Shown one piece after another: positions 29,573 to 38,857 of a stretch of DNA of 64,000 bases. Made by a program: the position numbers and the translations under genes. Source of the DNA: Christensenellaceae bacterium (GTDB lineage: Bacteria; Bacillota; Clostridia; Christensenellales; UBA1750). Position 1 is the stretch's first letter. Each line of letters starts with the position of its first letter. The stretch lies in assembly GCA_031280685.1 (NCBI GenBank), contig JAITGM010000022.1, positions 1,656-65,655 on the forward strand, given 5' to 3'. The notes beneath the pieces are model-generated. The model was not told where the DNA came from and did no database searches. It saw only the letters and a list, made by a program, of their open reading frames with translations.

Positions 29573-30526
29573 ATGGAGCCCTTACTGGAAGTAAAGGACT
29601 TGAAGCAGCATTTTAGGCCGAGCAAGAAGCTGACCGTCAAGGCGGTGGATGGGGTGAGCTTTTCGATTGAACGCGGGCAGACCTACGGGCTGGTGGGCGA
29701 AAGCGGCAGCGGCAAATCCACCATCGGGCGCTCGCTGATCCGCCTTTATACGCCCACGGCGGGGCGGATTCGCTTCAACGGCAAGGAAATCGCGGGCAGG
29801 CTCGACGGCGAAACCAGCAAGATGCTCCGCCTGAAAATGCAGATGATCTTTCAGGACCCTTCGGCCTCGCTGAACCCACGCCGCAAGGTGCTCGACCTCA
29901 TCGCCGAGGGCCTGGACATCAATCGGCTTTGCAGCAGCGCGGCCGAGCGCAAAGAAAGGGTCTTTTCGCTGCTTGAGCGGGTCGGCCTGAGCCCCGAGCA
30001 CGCCCTGCGCTTCCCGCACCAATTTTCGGGTGGGCAAAAGCAGCGCGTGGGCATCGCGCGGGCGCTGATCATGAACCCCGACCTCATCATCGCGGACGAG
30101 GCGATCTCCGCGCTCGACGTTTCGGTGCAGGCGCAGGTGGTGAACCTCATGAAGGCCATCCAGCGCGAAACCGGGATCGCGCTCCTGTTCATCTCGCACG
30201 ACCTTTCCATGGTCAAATACATCTCGGATCAAATCGGCGTGCTGCACCGGGGCAAGCTCGTGGAATACGGCCCGACCGAGGCGATTTTTCAAAACCCCGT
30301 GCATCCCTATACCCGGTCGCTGCTCAGCGCCATCCCCAGGCCCGACCCAAGGCTGGAGCGCATCCGCAAAACCCTGCGCTACGACCCCCGCGCGGAAGGG
30401 ATTGACTACGGTGAGGGCGAATACCATGGGGCCGGGGAAGGGCACTTCGTTCTGGCCACGGACGATGCGTTCAGGCGCTGGGGCGAGAACCCCTGGAATC
30501 AAGGCTTGGAGGCGAACTTCATATGA
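29573..30526 (+). CDS. oppF: Oligopeptide ABC transporter ATP-binding protein
   Basis: GESGSGKS, FSGGQKQR, IADEAISALD, HPYTRSLLS; AGGAGG RBS. Confidence 0.94.
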   Translation: MEPLLEVKDLKQHFRPSKKLTVKAVDGVSFSIERGQTYGLVGESGSGKSTIGRSLIRLYTPTAGRIRFNGKEIAGRLDGETSKMLRLKMQMIFQDPSASLNPRRKVLDLIAEGLDINRLCSSAAERKERVFSLLERVGLSPEHALRFPHQFSGGQKQRVGIARALIMNPDLIIADEAISALDVSVQAQVVNLMKAIQRETGIALLFISHDLSMVKYISDQIGVLHRGKLVEYGPTEAIFQNPVHPYTRSLLSAIPRPDPRLERIRKTLRYDPRAEGIDYGEGEYHGAGEGHFVLATDDAFRRWGENPWNQGLEANFI

Positions 30527-31629
30527 GCTGGGCCATTTTTGAAAGCCGCATCCGTCGCACGCAGGCGGAAATGCAGGGGCTTGGAATCGACCTCTTCGTG
30601 GCGGGCGCGTCCTCGAACCTCTTCTATTTGACGGGCTACCCCCCGCGCGGGGACGAGCGGCTGCTCGCCCTCGTGCTGCCAAGGGAGGGGGAGCCCTTTT
30701 TCATCGCCAACCTGCTCTATCGCCTGCAGGTCGAGCGCCTGCCCGTGAAGGAGCAGCTCTATTGGGCGGATGGCCAAGACCCTTATGGCCTGCTCAAATC
30801 CGCGGTCGAAGCGCGCGGATTCAAGACTGGCAAGGTCGCACTGGAAGCTTCGCTGCCCGCGCGCTTCGCGCTGGCGATTCAACAAGCCCTGAAGGGTTCG
30901 AGCTTCCTCCTGGGCGACGCCTTGACCGAAAACCAGCGCCTGATCAAGGATGAAAGCGAGCTTTCGGCCATCCGCAGGGCGAGCGCCGGGGCGGACGAAG
31001 CCCTCCGCGCCGTCTTAAAACGCGGACGGGCATGGATCGGCGAGACCGAGAGGGCGTTTTCAGACGCGCTGACCGCCGAAATGCGCGCGCTGGGCCTTGA
31101 AGCCTACGGCGCGCTGATCGCCGTGGGCGCGGGCGCGGCGGAACCGCACCACCGCACGGGCGAAACCAAAATCGAGGATGGAAGCTGCCTTCTGGCCGAC
31201 TTTGGCGGCCGGGTGGAAGGCTATTGCAGCGACATCACGCGCACGGTGCACTTTGGCAAGCCCTGCCCCGAATTTGAAAGGGTCTACGGCATCGTTTTGG
31301 AGGCGCATCTGCGCGCCGAGGCGGCCGCCAGGCCCGGCGGCATCCTGGGCGAGGTGGACGACGCCGCGCGGGAGTACATCGCAGGCCAGGGCTATGGCGA
31401 AGCCTTCACGCACCGGCTAGGCCACGGCATCGGCCTGGACGTGCACGAGGGCCCCTCGGCGGTGCGCGGCGAAAAAACCGTCATTCGCCCTGGCATGGTG
31501 TTTTCGAACGAGCCCGGCATCTATTTGCCCGGGCGTTTTGGCGTGCGGATAGAGAACCTGCTGGCGATCGGCCAAAGCGGTGCCGAGGCGCTGAACCGCT
31601 TCCCCCGGGAGCTGGTCGTGATCGGCTAA
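30523..31629 (+). CDS. Xaa-Pro peptidase (M24 family)
   Basis: NLFYLTG, DFGG..GYCSDITRT, HRLGHGIGLDVHE, NEPGIY..GVRIE. Confidence 0.92.
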   Translation: MSWAIFESRIRRTQAEMQGLGIDLFVAGASSNLFYLTGYPPRGDERLLALVLPREGEPFFIANLLYRLQVERLPVKEQLYWADGQDPYGLLKSAVEARGFKTGKVALEASLPARFALAIQQALKGSSFLLGDALTENQRLIKDESELSAIRRASAGADEALRAVLKRGRAWIGETERAFSDALTAEMRALGLEAYGALIAVGAGAAEPHHRTGETKIEDGSCLLADFGGRVEGYCSDITRTVHFGKPCPEFERVYGIVLEAHLRAEAAARPGGILGEVDDAAREYIAGQGYGEAFTHRLGHGIGLDVHEGPSAVRGEKTVIRPGMVFSNEPGIYLPGRFGVRIENLLAIGQSGAEALNRFPRELVVIG

Positions 31630-31662
31630 AGGCCGGTCTTAAAATAACAAGGAGGGCGCAAC

Positions 31663-33102
31663 ATGGGCGAAGAAACGCGGAAAAAGGTGCGCGGCTGGCT
31701 GGAAGAAAAAAGGCCGCAGATCGTTCAAAACATCCTCAGGCTGGCGCGAATCCCAAGCGTCAGCGTTTCGGGCGCACAGCCCGGCCCCTACGGCCAGGCC
31801 TGCCGCGACGCGCTGGATGAAGCTCTGAAGCTGGGCGCGGAGCTCGGTTTCTTCACGCAAAACTACGATTACAGGGTCGGCGCGCTCTGGCTGGGCGAAG
31901 GCGAAACCGCGGGCGGCAGCGTCGGCATCTGGGGGCATCTCGACGTGGTTCCCCCAGGCGGGAACTGGCTGCATACGGAGCCTTTTTCGCCAATTGAAAA
32001 GCAGGGTTATCTCATCGGCCGCGGCGTGGGCGACAATAAGGGCCCCGCAGTCGCCGCGCTCTATGCCGCGCTGGCCATGAAGGAGCTTGGCCTTCGGCCC
32101 GCAAAGCCCCTGCGCATCTTCCTTGGCTGCAGCGAAGAAACCGGCATGGACGACGTGACGCATTACGTCGCCCATTACGAAGCCCCGGCGCTTTCGCTGG
32201 TGGCGGACGGCGCCTTCCCCGTGGGCTTTGCCGAAAAGGGCATCATCGAGGTCAATCTGCTGGGCGATGCGCCCCTAAGCGAAAGCGTTTTGGCGCTGAG
32301 TGGCGGGCAGGCCAGCAACATCGTGCCGGATCTGGCACAAATCGAGTTGAAAGCGAACGAGGCGCTCGCCGAAAGGCTCAAAAATGGTCTTCCCGAAGGC
32401 CTTGAAGCACAAGTGGGCGAAAACGCCGTCACCATTCGCGCGCACGGCGTGGCCAGCCACTCGGCCAGGCCCGAGGCCGGCGTGAACGCCATCCAAAAGC
32501 TGCTGCGGGGGCTGTTCTTCGCGGGGATCTTAAGCGATGAGGACGAAAGCGCGCTGGCCTTTTTGCTCAAGGCGGGCATCGGCACCGGCGGCCATGGCCT
32601 TGGCATCGCCTGCGCGGACGAGATCAGCGGCGCGCTGACCGCCGTGGGCAGCCTTTTGCGCCTTGACGCGCGGCGGCAGCCCATCCTGCACCTCAATATC
32701 CGCTACCCGGTCACGGCGAGGCTGGAAGGGCTTTTGGCGGGCATCGCTAAGGCTTGCGAGCAGGGCGGCTACAAGGCGCAGCTTACGCAGGCGAACAAGC
32801 CCAACCACTTCCCCAAGGAAAGCCCTGCGGTGGCTGCGCTGACGAAGGCCTTTAACGAGGTCGCGGGCGCGCAGGCCGAGCCTTACGCCATGAGCGGCGG
32901 CACCTACGCGCGCAAGCTGCCCAACGGGTTGGTCTTTGGCATGGGCCTGCCCAAGGGCCTGGGGCATGAAAACGACCCCTCTCTCTTCCCGCCCGGGCAC
33001 GGCGGCGCCCACGCGCCGGACGAAGCCCTTTTCATCGACGACTTGCTCAAGGGCATGGAAATCTATATTTTGGCGCTCACGGAGTGGTCGGGCGAGATCT
33101 AA
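31663..33102 (+). CDS. M20 family dipeptidase (PepV/Sapep-like)
   Basis: GHLDVVP, GRGVGDNKGP, SEETG, GGTYARK, GAHAPDE. Confidence 0.9.
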   Translation: MGEETRKKVRGWLEEKRPQIVQNILRLARIPSVSVSGAQPGPYGQACRDALDEALKLGAELGFFTQNYDYRVGALWLGEGETAGGSVGIWGHLDVVPPGGNWLHTEPFSPIEKQGYLIGRGVGDNKGPAVAALYAALAMKELGLRPAKPLRIFLGCSEETGMDDVTHYVAHYEAPALSLVADGAFPVGFAEKGIIEVNLLGDAPLSESVLALSGGQASNIVPDLAQIELKANEALAERLKNGLPEGLEAQVGENAVTIRAHGVASHSARPEAGVNAIQKLLRGLFFAGILSDEDESALAFLLKAGIGTGGHGLGIACADEISGALTAVGSLLRLDARRQPILHLNIRYPVTARLEGLLAGIAKACEQGGYKAQLTQANKPNHFPKESPAVAALTKAFNEVAGAQAEPYAMSGGTYARKLPNGLVFGMGLPKGLGHENDPSLFPPGHGGAHAPDEALFIDDLLKGMEIYILALTEWSGEI

Positions 33103-33218
33103 GCCTGGCCGCGCCCCTCCAGGGCTTTGAATGGGGACGCTGCGCCGTGCGCGCGGACCGGGCGCGCGCACGCGTAGCGTTGCGTAAACGAGGCGGGGAG
33201 CGCGCAAAACGGCCTCTT

Positions 33219-33368
33219 CCCGTCATTGCGAGGGGAACCGAAGCAAGCCAGCGCGCTTCCTTCCTGAGGAAGCGCGCTTTTCCAGGCAAAGCCCGCTACT
33301 TCGGCGCGTCGCCCCCGCGCCTGGCAATGGCGGCGGGAAGCAGTCCGCGCGAGCGGAGCGAGCGCGCC
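33219..33368 (-). repeat. Composite dispersed intergenic repeat, copy B
   Basis: Same two blocks as 18649-18847, in the same order on the minus strand. Confidence 0.75.
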
Positions 33369-33476
33369 GCCCGCTATAACCCCTCCTCAAAATGACAGCG
33401 GGAAGTCGTCGGTGCGCGAAGGGGATCTCCGCTCCCCACGCGAAAGTCCGGAGAGCCGCGCAGTGTCGAAGGTTAA

Positions 33477-33566
33477 AATCCTATAAAACGAATCGGAATA
33501 GCTTGACGGCTCGGACGGGCCGTGCTATCCTAAGGCCGTAAAAATCCGATGGTTTCACTCGGCATT
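33477..33566 (+). promoter_or_regulatory. isc operon promoter flanked by two candidate Rrf2/IscR operators
   Basis: TTGACG (33503), 17 bp, TATCCT (33526-33531) with an extended -10 TG. Pseudo-palindromes AATCCTAT..ATCGGAAT (33477-33499) and AATCCGAT..CTCGGCATT (33543-33566). Confidence 0.6.
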
Positions 33567-33578
33567 GGAGGGGATGAA

Positions 33579-34028
33579 ATGAAGCTTTCCACGAAGGGCC
33601 GCTATGGCGTGCGGGCAATGTATGAGCTGGCGCTGGGCTTTGGCAGCGGGCCGCTCTCGGTCAAGGAGATTGCCGGGCGGCAGGGCGTGCCGGAAGCGTA
33701 TCTGGAACAGCTCGTTGCCCCTCTGCGGCGCGCGGGGCTGGTGAAGTCGATTCGAGGAGCGCAGGGCGGCTACGAGCTGGCCAAGCCCCCTGATGAGATC
33801 TCGGCTTACGCGATAATCACGGCGCTGGAAGGCCCGACGGCCCCGGCCAACTGCGTGCTCGACGAAGAGCAGTGCGAAAACAGCATGAATTGCGCAATGC
33901 ACAGCCTTTGGCAGCGCATTCACGACGGGGTAAACGACGTTTTGCTCTCAATCACCCTGCAGGATCTGCTTAAAGACGCTTCCCCGGCAGCGCTCTGCGC
34001 CGAGGAATCCCAAAAGCTCGGCGTTTAA
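33579..34028 (+). CDS. iscR: Rrf2 family Fe-S cluster regulator
   Basis: MKLSTKGRYG, YLEQL, SIRGAQGGY, three Cys plus His (C..C..CAMH); lies upstream of iscS. Confidence 0.85.
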   Translation: MKLSTKGRYGVRAMYELALGFGSGPLSVKEIAGRQGVPEAYLEQLVAPLRRAGLVKSIRGAQGGYELAKPPDEISAYAIITALEGPTAPANCVLDEEQCENSMNCAMHSLWQRIHDGVNDVLLSITLQDLLKDASPAALCAEESQKLGV

Positions 34029-34070
34029 GCGGCGCCGCCGCGAGCCCATCAACAGAGGAGGCAGCAAGCC

Positions 34071-35249
34071 ATGAATAGGATTTATCTCGACAACGCGGCC
34101 ACCACGAGAGTGCGCCCCGAGGTTCTGGAAGCCATTCTGCCCACGCTGCAGAACGACTTTGGCAACCCCTCGAGCGTGTACTCGACCGGCCGCGAGGCCA
34201 AGCGAAGGCTTGAGGAGGCCCGTGAAAAGGTCGCCAAGGCCCTGGGCGCGGCCAAGGAAGAGATTTACTTCACTTCGGGCGGCAGCGAAGCCGATAACTG
34301 GGCCATCAAGGGCGTGGCGCACAGGGCGGGTAAGGGCCACATCATCACCAGCGCGATCGAGCACCACGCGGTGCTCCACACCTGCGAGACGCTGGCGAAG
34401 GAAGGCTTTGAGGTTAGCTACCTTCCGGTGGACGAGTTCGGCCTGATCAGCCTGGAGGGGCTAGAAAAAGCCCTGCGGCCCGATACGATCCTGGTTTCGA
34501 TCATGACCGCCAACAACGAGATCGGCACCATTGAGCCCATCGCCGAAATCGGCGCCCTCTGCAAGAGCAGGGGTATCCCCTTCCACACCGATGCCGTGCA
34601 GGCCATCGGCCACATGGCCATCGACGTCAAAGCCCAAAACATCGACCTGCTCTCGCTCTCGGGCCACAAGATCGGCGCGCCAAAGGGCATCGGGGCGCTC
34701 TACGTCCGCAAGGGGCTGCGCCTGGCCAACCTCATCGACGGCGGCGGGCAGGAACGCTCCCGCAGGGCCGGAACCGAGAACATGCCCGGCATCGTGGCCC
34801 TTGGCACGGCCATCGAGTTGGCCGCCAAAGAGATGGGCGAGAGCGTCGGCAAAGAGAGCGAGCTGCGCGACTACCTCATCCAAAGCCTTTTAGAAAAGAT
34901 CCCGGATGTCAGGCTCAACGGCCACCCGACGCTGCGGCTGCCGGGCAACGTCAACGTCTGCATTCGCTTCATCGAAGGCGAATCGCTCCTCCTGCTGCTC
35001 GATTTGGCGGGCATCGCGGCCTCGTCCGGCTCCGCCTGCACCTCGGGCTCGCTCGATCCATCGCACGTGCTGCTGGCCATCGGCCTGCCGCACGAGATAG
35101 CGCACGGCTCGTTGCGATTGACCCTCTCGAAGGAGAACACCAGGGAAGAAATCGACGCCACCGTGGAGGAACTCATCAAAATCGTCGAGCGGCTCCGGCA
35201 AATGTCGCCGCTCTTTAGCCAAGAAAAGGGAGGCGCTCAGCTTGTATAG
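34071..35249 (+). CDS. iscS: Cysteine desulfurase
   Basis: [29 protein letters not shown]. Confidence 0.96.
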   Translation: MNRIYLDNAATTRVRPEVLEAILPTLQNDFGNPSSVYSTGREAKRRLEEAREKVAKALGAAKEEIYFTSGGSEADNWAIKGVAHRAGKGHIITSAIEHHAVLHTCETLAKEGFEVSYLPVDEFGLISLEGLEKALRPDTILVSIMTANNEIGTIEPIAEIGALCKSRGIPFHTDAVQAIGHMAIDVKAQNIDLLSLSGHKIGAPKGIGALYVRKGLRLANLIDGGGQERSRRAGTENMPGIVALGTAIELAAKEMGESVGKESELRDYLIQSLLEKIPDVRLNGHPTLRLPGNVNVCIRFIEGESLLLLLDLAGIAASSGSACTSGSLDPSHVLLAIGLPHEIAHGSLRLTLSKENTREEIDATVEELIKIVERLRQMSPLFSQEKGGAQLV

Positions 35250-35667
35250 CGAAAAGGTCATGGATCACTTCATGCACCCGAGAAACGTGGGCGAAATCGA
35301 AAACGCTTCGGGTCAGGGCACTGTGGGCAACGCCAAGTGCGGCGACATCATGCAAATGTTTTTGAAGATTGACGATAATGTGATTACCGACGTCAAGTTC
35401 AAGACCTTCGGCTGCGGCGCCGCGATCGCGACCAGCTCGATGGCCACGGAATTGGTCATAGGCAAAACGATCAGCGAAGCGCTAAAGCTCACCAACGCAG
35501 CCGTGGCCGAAGCTTTGGATGGCCTGCCGCCCGTAAAGATGCACTGCTCGCTGCTGGCCGAGCAGGCCCTGAAAACCGCGCTGGAAGACTACTTCAACAA
35601 GAATAATATCCCCCTTCCCGAGGGCTTTTCCAAGCCCAATGTGGACGAAGACGAGGATGAGGAGTAG
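35242..35667 (+). CDS. iscU: Fe-S cluster scaffold protein (IscU/NifU)
   Basis: [34 protein letters not shown]. Confidence 0.95.
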   Translation: MYSEKVMDHFMHPRNVGEIENASGQGTVGNAKCGDIMQMFLKIDDNVITDVKFKTFGCGAAIATSSMATELVIGKTISEALKLTNAAVAEALDGLPPVKMHCSLLAEQALKTALEDYFNKNNIPLPEGFSKPNVDEDEDEE

Positions 35668-35670
35668 GCC

Positions 35671-36498
35671 ATGAACCTGCAGAGCGGCATCCCCCTTTCG
35701 AGCGGCTATGAGATGCCGATTTTGGGGCTCGGCGTGTTCAAGGCCCAGGGCGAAGAGGCCTACACCGCCGTACGCTGGGCGCTCGAAAATGGCTACCGCC
35801 ACATCGACACGGCGGCCTATTACGGCAACGAAGAAGATGTGGGAAGGGCCGTTCGCGAGAGCGGCCTTCCCCGCGAGGAAATCTTCGTGACGACGAAGCT
35901 CTGGAACCAGCGCATTCGCGACCACGAGGAGGAAGCGGCCTTTGAAGAAAGCCTCCAAAAGCTCGATATCGGCTATATCGACCTTTTCTTGATCCATTGG
36001 CCCGTGCGCGAAGAAAATGGCTACCTGCGGGCCTGGCCACTGCTCGAAAAACTGCAAAGAGGCGGAAAATTGCGCTCCATTGGCGTTTCGAACTACAATA
36101 TCCGCCATCTGGAGGAGCTTTTCCGCATCTGCGAGGTCAAACCCGCTGTAAACCAGGTCGAATGCCACCCCGAGCTTAGCCAGACCGAGCTTGCTCGGTT
36201 CTGCCAGCAAAACGGCGTCGTCTTTGAGCCCTGGAGCCCGCTTGGGCGGGGTAAGGTGCTGAGCGACCCCGTTTTGGCCGCCATCGCGGCCGCGCACGGC
36301 AAAAGCTCCGCACAAGTCGTGCTGCGCTGGGGGCTGCAGAGGGGCTTTGTGAACATCCCCAAGTCCATCCACAAGGAAAGGATTTTAGAAAATGCCGACC
36401 TGTTCGACTTTGAACTGAGCGCGGCCGAGATGGAGCGCATCTTTGCGCTGAACAAAAACGAGCGCATCGGTGCCGATCCAGAAACCTTCCCCTTTTAA
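35671..36498 (+). CDS. Aldo/keto reductase
   Basis: GYRHIDTAAYY, FVTTKLWN, LIHWP, SIGVSN, IPKS. Confidence 0.94.
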   Translation: MNLQSGIPLSSGYEMPILGLGVFKAQGEEAYTAVRWALENGYRHIDTAAYYGNEEDVGRAVRESGLPREEIFVTTKLWNQRIRDHEEEAAFEESLQKLDIGYIDLFLIHWPVREENGYLRAWPLLEKLQRGGKLRSIGVSNYNIRHLEELFRICEVKPAVNQVECHPELSQTELARFCQQNGVVFEPWSPLGRGKVLSDPVLAAIAAAHGKSSAQVVLRWGLQRGFVNIPKSIHKERILENADLFDFELSAAEMERIFALNKNERIGADPETFPF

Positions 36499-36519
36499 GC
36501 CAAAAACGCAAGGCGAAGC

Positions 36520-36559
36520 CCCAAAAGGCCGGCCCGGAATTCCGGGCCGGCCTTTTGGG
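36520..36559. terminator. Terminator; perfect 40-bp palindrome
   Basis: CCCAAAAGGCCGGCCCGGAA|TTCCGGGCCGGCCTTTTGGG, 21 bp after the aldo/keto reductase stop. Confidence 0.8.
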
Positions 36560-36793
36560 ATCACAGAAAATCGCCCTGCCCGCAATGTTAAAAAACATCG
36601 GCCAATTTATAAAAGAACAAGTAAAAATGTTGAAATATTAATATTAATGCTCTTTCAAAAATAGATAATCCTCTCTTATAAGCGCTTCGAACCCACGGGC
36701 CTTTAGATGATTTAACGCGCAATATAAAGGGTTTTTTATCAAATTCCATCGGAAGCTTGAGGATTTCGCCCCTCAAAGGTGAAATCGGGAGAA

Positions 36794-36848
36794 TTATTCT
36801 TAGCTTTCCTCCTTGACAGTTCGGTAACCTAAGAATAACATAGATTAC
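36794..36848 (+). promoter_or_regulatory. Promoter of the sugar ABC operon with overlapping inverted repeats
   Basis: TTGACA (36813-36818), 17 bp, TAACAT (36836-36841). TTATTCTTAG (36794-36803) / CTAAGAATAA (36829-36838) form a perfect inverted repeat. Confidence 0.55.
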
Positions 36849-36900
36849 ACTTCCATAGATGATTGGGATGGATTTGAGAGCTTGAGGAGGAGGAAAAGGG

Positions 36901-37854
36901 ATGACCGCACAGTCTTTGGCCGGCTTGCGCAGGGCGCGCAGGAATATTTGGCGGGAGATCTACAACTACCGCTGGATCTACCTGATGATCATTCCCACAC
37001 TGGTCTTCATCTTTTTGTTTAAATACGTGCCGATGTACGGCATCCAGCTCGCCTTTAAGAATTATAAGCTCGCTGGCATCGCCGCGAGCCCCTGGAACGA
37101 CCTTGCCCACTTCAAATACATGATGAACGAGCCTGAGTTCCTGCCCGCGTTGCGCAACACGGTCGTGATTTCCTTCATGCGCATCCTGGTGGGCTTCCCC
37201 TTCCCGATCTTTTTGGCGCTGCTCATCAACGAGTGCTATACGCCGCGCTACCGCCGCGTTCTGCAAACGGTTTACACCTTCCCCCACTTCCTTTCGTGGG
37301 TGCTGCTGGCCGGCATCATGCTCAACCTGCTGGGCTCGACGGGCATGGTGCGCAAAGTGGTCATGATCATCAACCCCGAGATGGGCCAGAATTGGAACTT
37401 CCTCTACGACGGGAACATCTACCGCTGGGTGCTGGTTCTTTCCGACGTGTGGAAGGAGGCCGGCTGGGGCACGATCATCTACCTGGCCGCGATTTCCGGC
37501 ATCGACCAATCCCTTTACGAGGCCGCTGTGATCGACGGCTGCAACCGCTGGCACAAGATCCTCTACATTACCCTGCCGGGCATCGTGAGCATGATCTCAA
37601 TCCAGTTCGTGCTGCGCGTGGGCTACATCATGGAGGGTGGCTTCGACCAGGTTTTTAACACCTACACCCCGCCCGTGTATGAAAAGGGCGACATTATCGA
37701 CACCTACATATACAGAATCTCGTTTGTGCGCACCTCGGGCGTGGACTTGGGCTTTTCCACCGCCGTTGGCCTGTTTAAGAACGTCATCAACTTCATCATG
37801 ATGCTCTCGGGCAACCTCTTCGTGCGCTCGCTTGGCCAGGAAGCCGTTCTGTAA
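36901..37854 (+). CDS. Carbohydrate ABC transporter permease (LplB/YteP-like)
   Basis: YVPMYGIQLAFK, PHFLSWV, WKEAGWGTIIYLAAISGIDQSLYEAA..DG. Confidence 0.92.
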   Translation: MTAQSLAGLRRARRNIWREIYNYRWIYLMIIPTLVFIFLFKYVPMYGIQLAFKNYKLAGIAASPWNDLAHFKYMMNEPEFLPALRNTVVISFMRILVGFPFPIFLALLINECYTPRYRRVLQTVYTFPHFLSWVLLAGIMLNLLGSTGMVRKVVMIINPEMGQNWNFLYDGNIYRWVLVLSDVWKEAGWGTIIYLAAISGIDQSLYEAAVIDGCNRWHKILYITLPGIVSMISIQFVLRVGYIMEGGFDQVFNTYTPPVYEKGDIIDTYIYRISFVRTSGVDLGFSTAVGLFKNVINFIMMLSGNLFVRSLGQEAVL

Positions 37855-37867
37855 GGAGGGAAGAAAG

Positions 37868-38791
37868 ATGGCACAAACCGCAATCACCAAGTCTGTGACC
37901 GACAGGGTTCTAAAAGAGAATCGCATCCGACGCTTTGGCGCCATTGATTTCGTCATCCTGTTGTTTTTGAGCCTTTGGGGGCTGCTCATCCTTTATCCCT
38001 TCTATAACGCCGTGCTGGTTTCCATCGTGCCAAACACGGTCTACCAGCGCTATCAGGGCTTCATGCTCCTGCCGCCCGCGGTCACCTGGGATTCCTACGC
38101 CTTCACCTTCAAAAACTCCCTCATCTGGACGGGTTACCGCACCACCCTCGCCGTAACCGTGCTGGGCACCGCCTACAACATGGCCATGACCATCCTCTGC
38201 GGCTACGCGCTAACCAAAACCGCCATGCCGGGCATCAAGGTCATGCGCTTTTTGCTGGTTTTCACCATGTGGTTCTCGGGCGGGCTGATCCCCTACTACC
38301 TGCAGATTAAGAACCTGCACCTGACCGATAATCTCCTCGTCATGGTGTTGCCCATGGGCGTCAATTTGATGTATCTGCTCATCATTTCAGATAATTTCCG
38401 CTCCATCCCGGCTTCGCTCGAGGAATCGGCCAAGATCGACGGCGCAAACGACTGGACGGTCCTCATCCGCATCATCCTGCCCCTTTGCCTGCCGCTGCTG
38501 GCCACCTTTACGCTCTATTACGCCGTCGAGCGCTGGAATGAATGGTACCACGCCATGCTCTTCATCAAGACCTCGAGCAAGTGGCCGCTGCAAAACGTGC
38601 TGCGCACCATCATCAACGATGTCAACATGCTCGCCACAATGAACATCCCCGGCCAGGTCAGGCCGGACGTGCAGGGCGATTCCATCAAGATGAGCTCCAT
38701 CGTCGTTTCGATGCTGCCCATGATGTGCCTCTACCCCTTCCTGCAGCGCTACTTCCTTTCGGGCCTCACCCTCGGCGCCGTGAAGGAATAG
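37868..38791 (+). CDS. Carbohydrate ABC transporter permease (LplC/YtcP-like)
   Basis: FSGGLIPYY, SLEESAKIDGA, YPFLQRYF..G..LGAVKE. Confidence 0.92.
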   Translation: MAQTAITKSVTDRVLKENRIRRFGAIDFVILLFLSLWGLLILYPFYNAVLVSIVPNTVYQRYQGFMLLPPAVTWDSYAFTFKNSLIWTGYRTTLAVTVLGTAYNMAMTILCGYALTKTAMPGIKVMRFLLVFTMWFSGGLIPYYLQIKNLHLTDNLLVMVLPMGVNLMYLLIISDNFRSIPASLEESAKIDGANDWTVLIRIILPLCLPLLATFTLYYAVERWNEWYHAMLFIKTSSKWPLQNVLRTIINDVNMLATMNIPGQVRPDVQGDSIKMSSIVVSMLPMMCLYPFLQRYFLSGLTLGAVKE

Positions 38792-38857
38792 CCTTCCCCC
38801 CTTTTTTCGCCCCTTATGAAGGGAACCCCTTTTTTAGATACCGAGAGGAGGAGAATC

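Noticed and set aside
33441-33475. GAAAGTCCG as the start of RNase P RNA
   Set aside because: No room or complementary P4 segment before the iscR promoter
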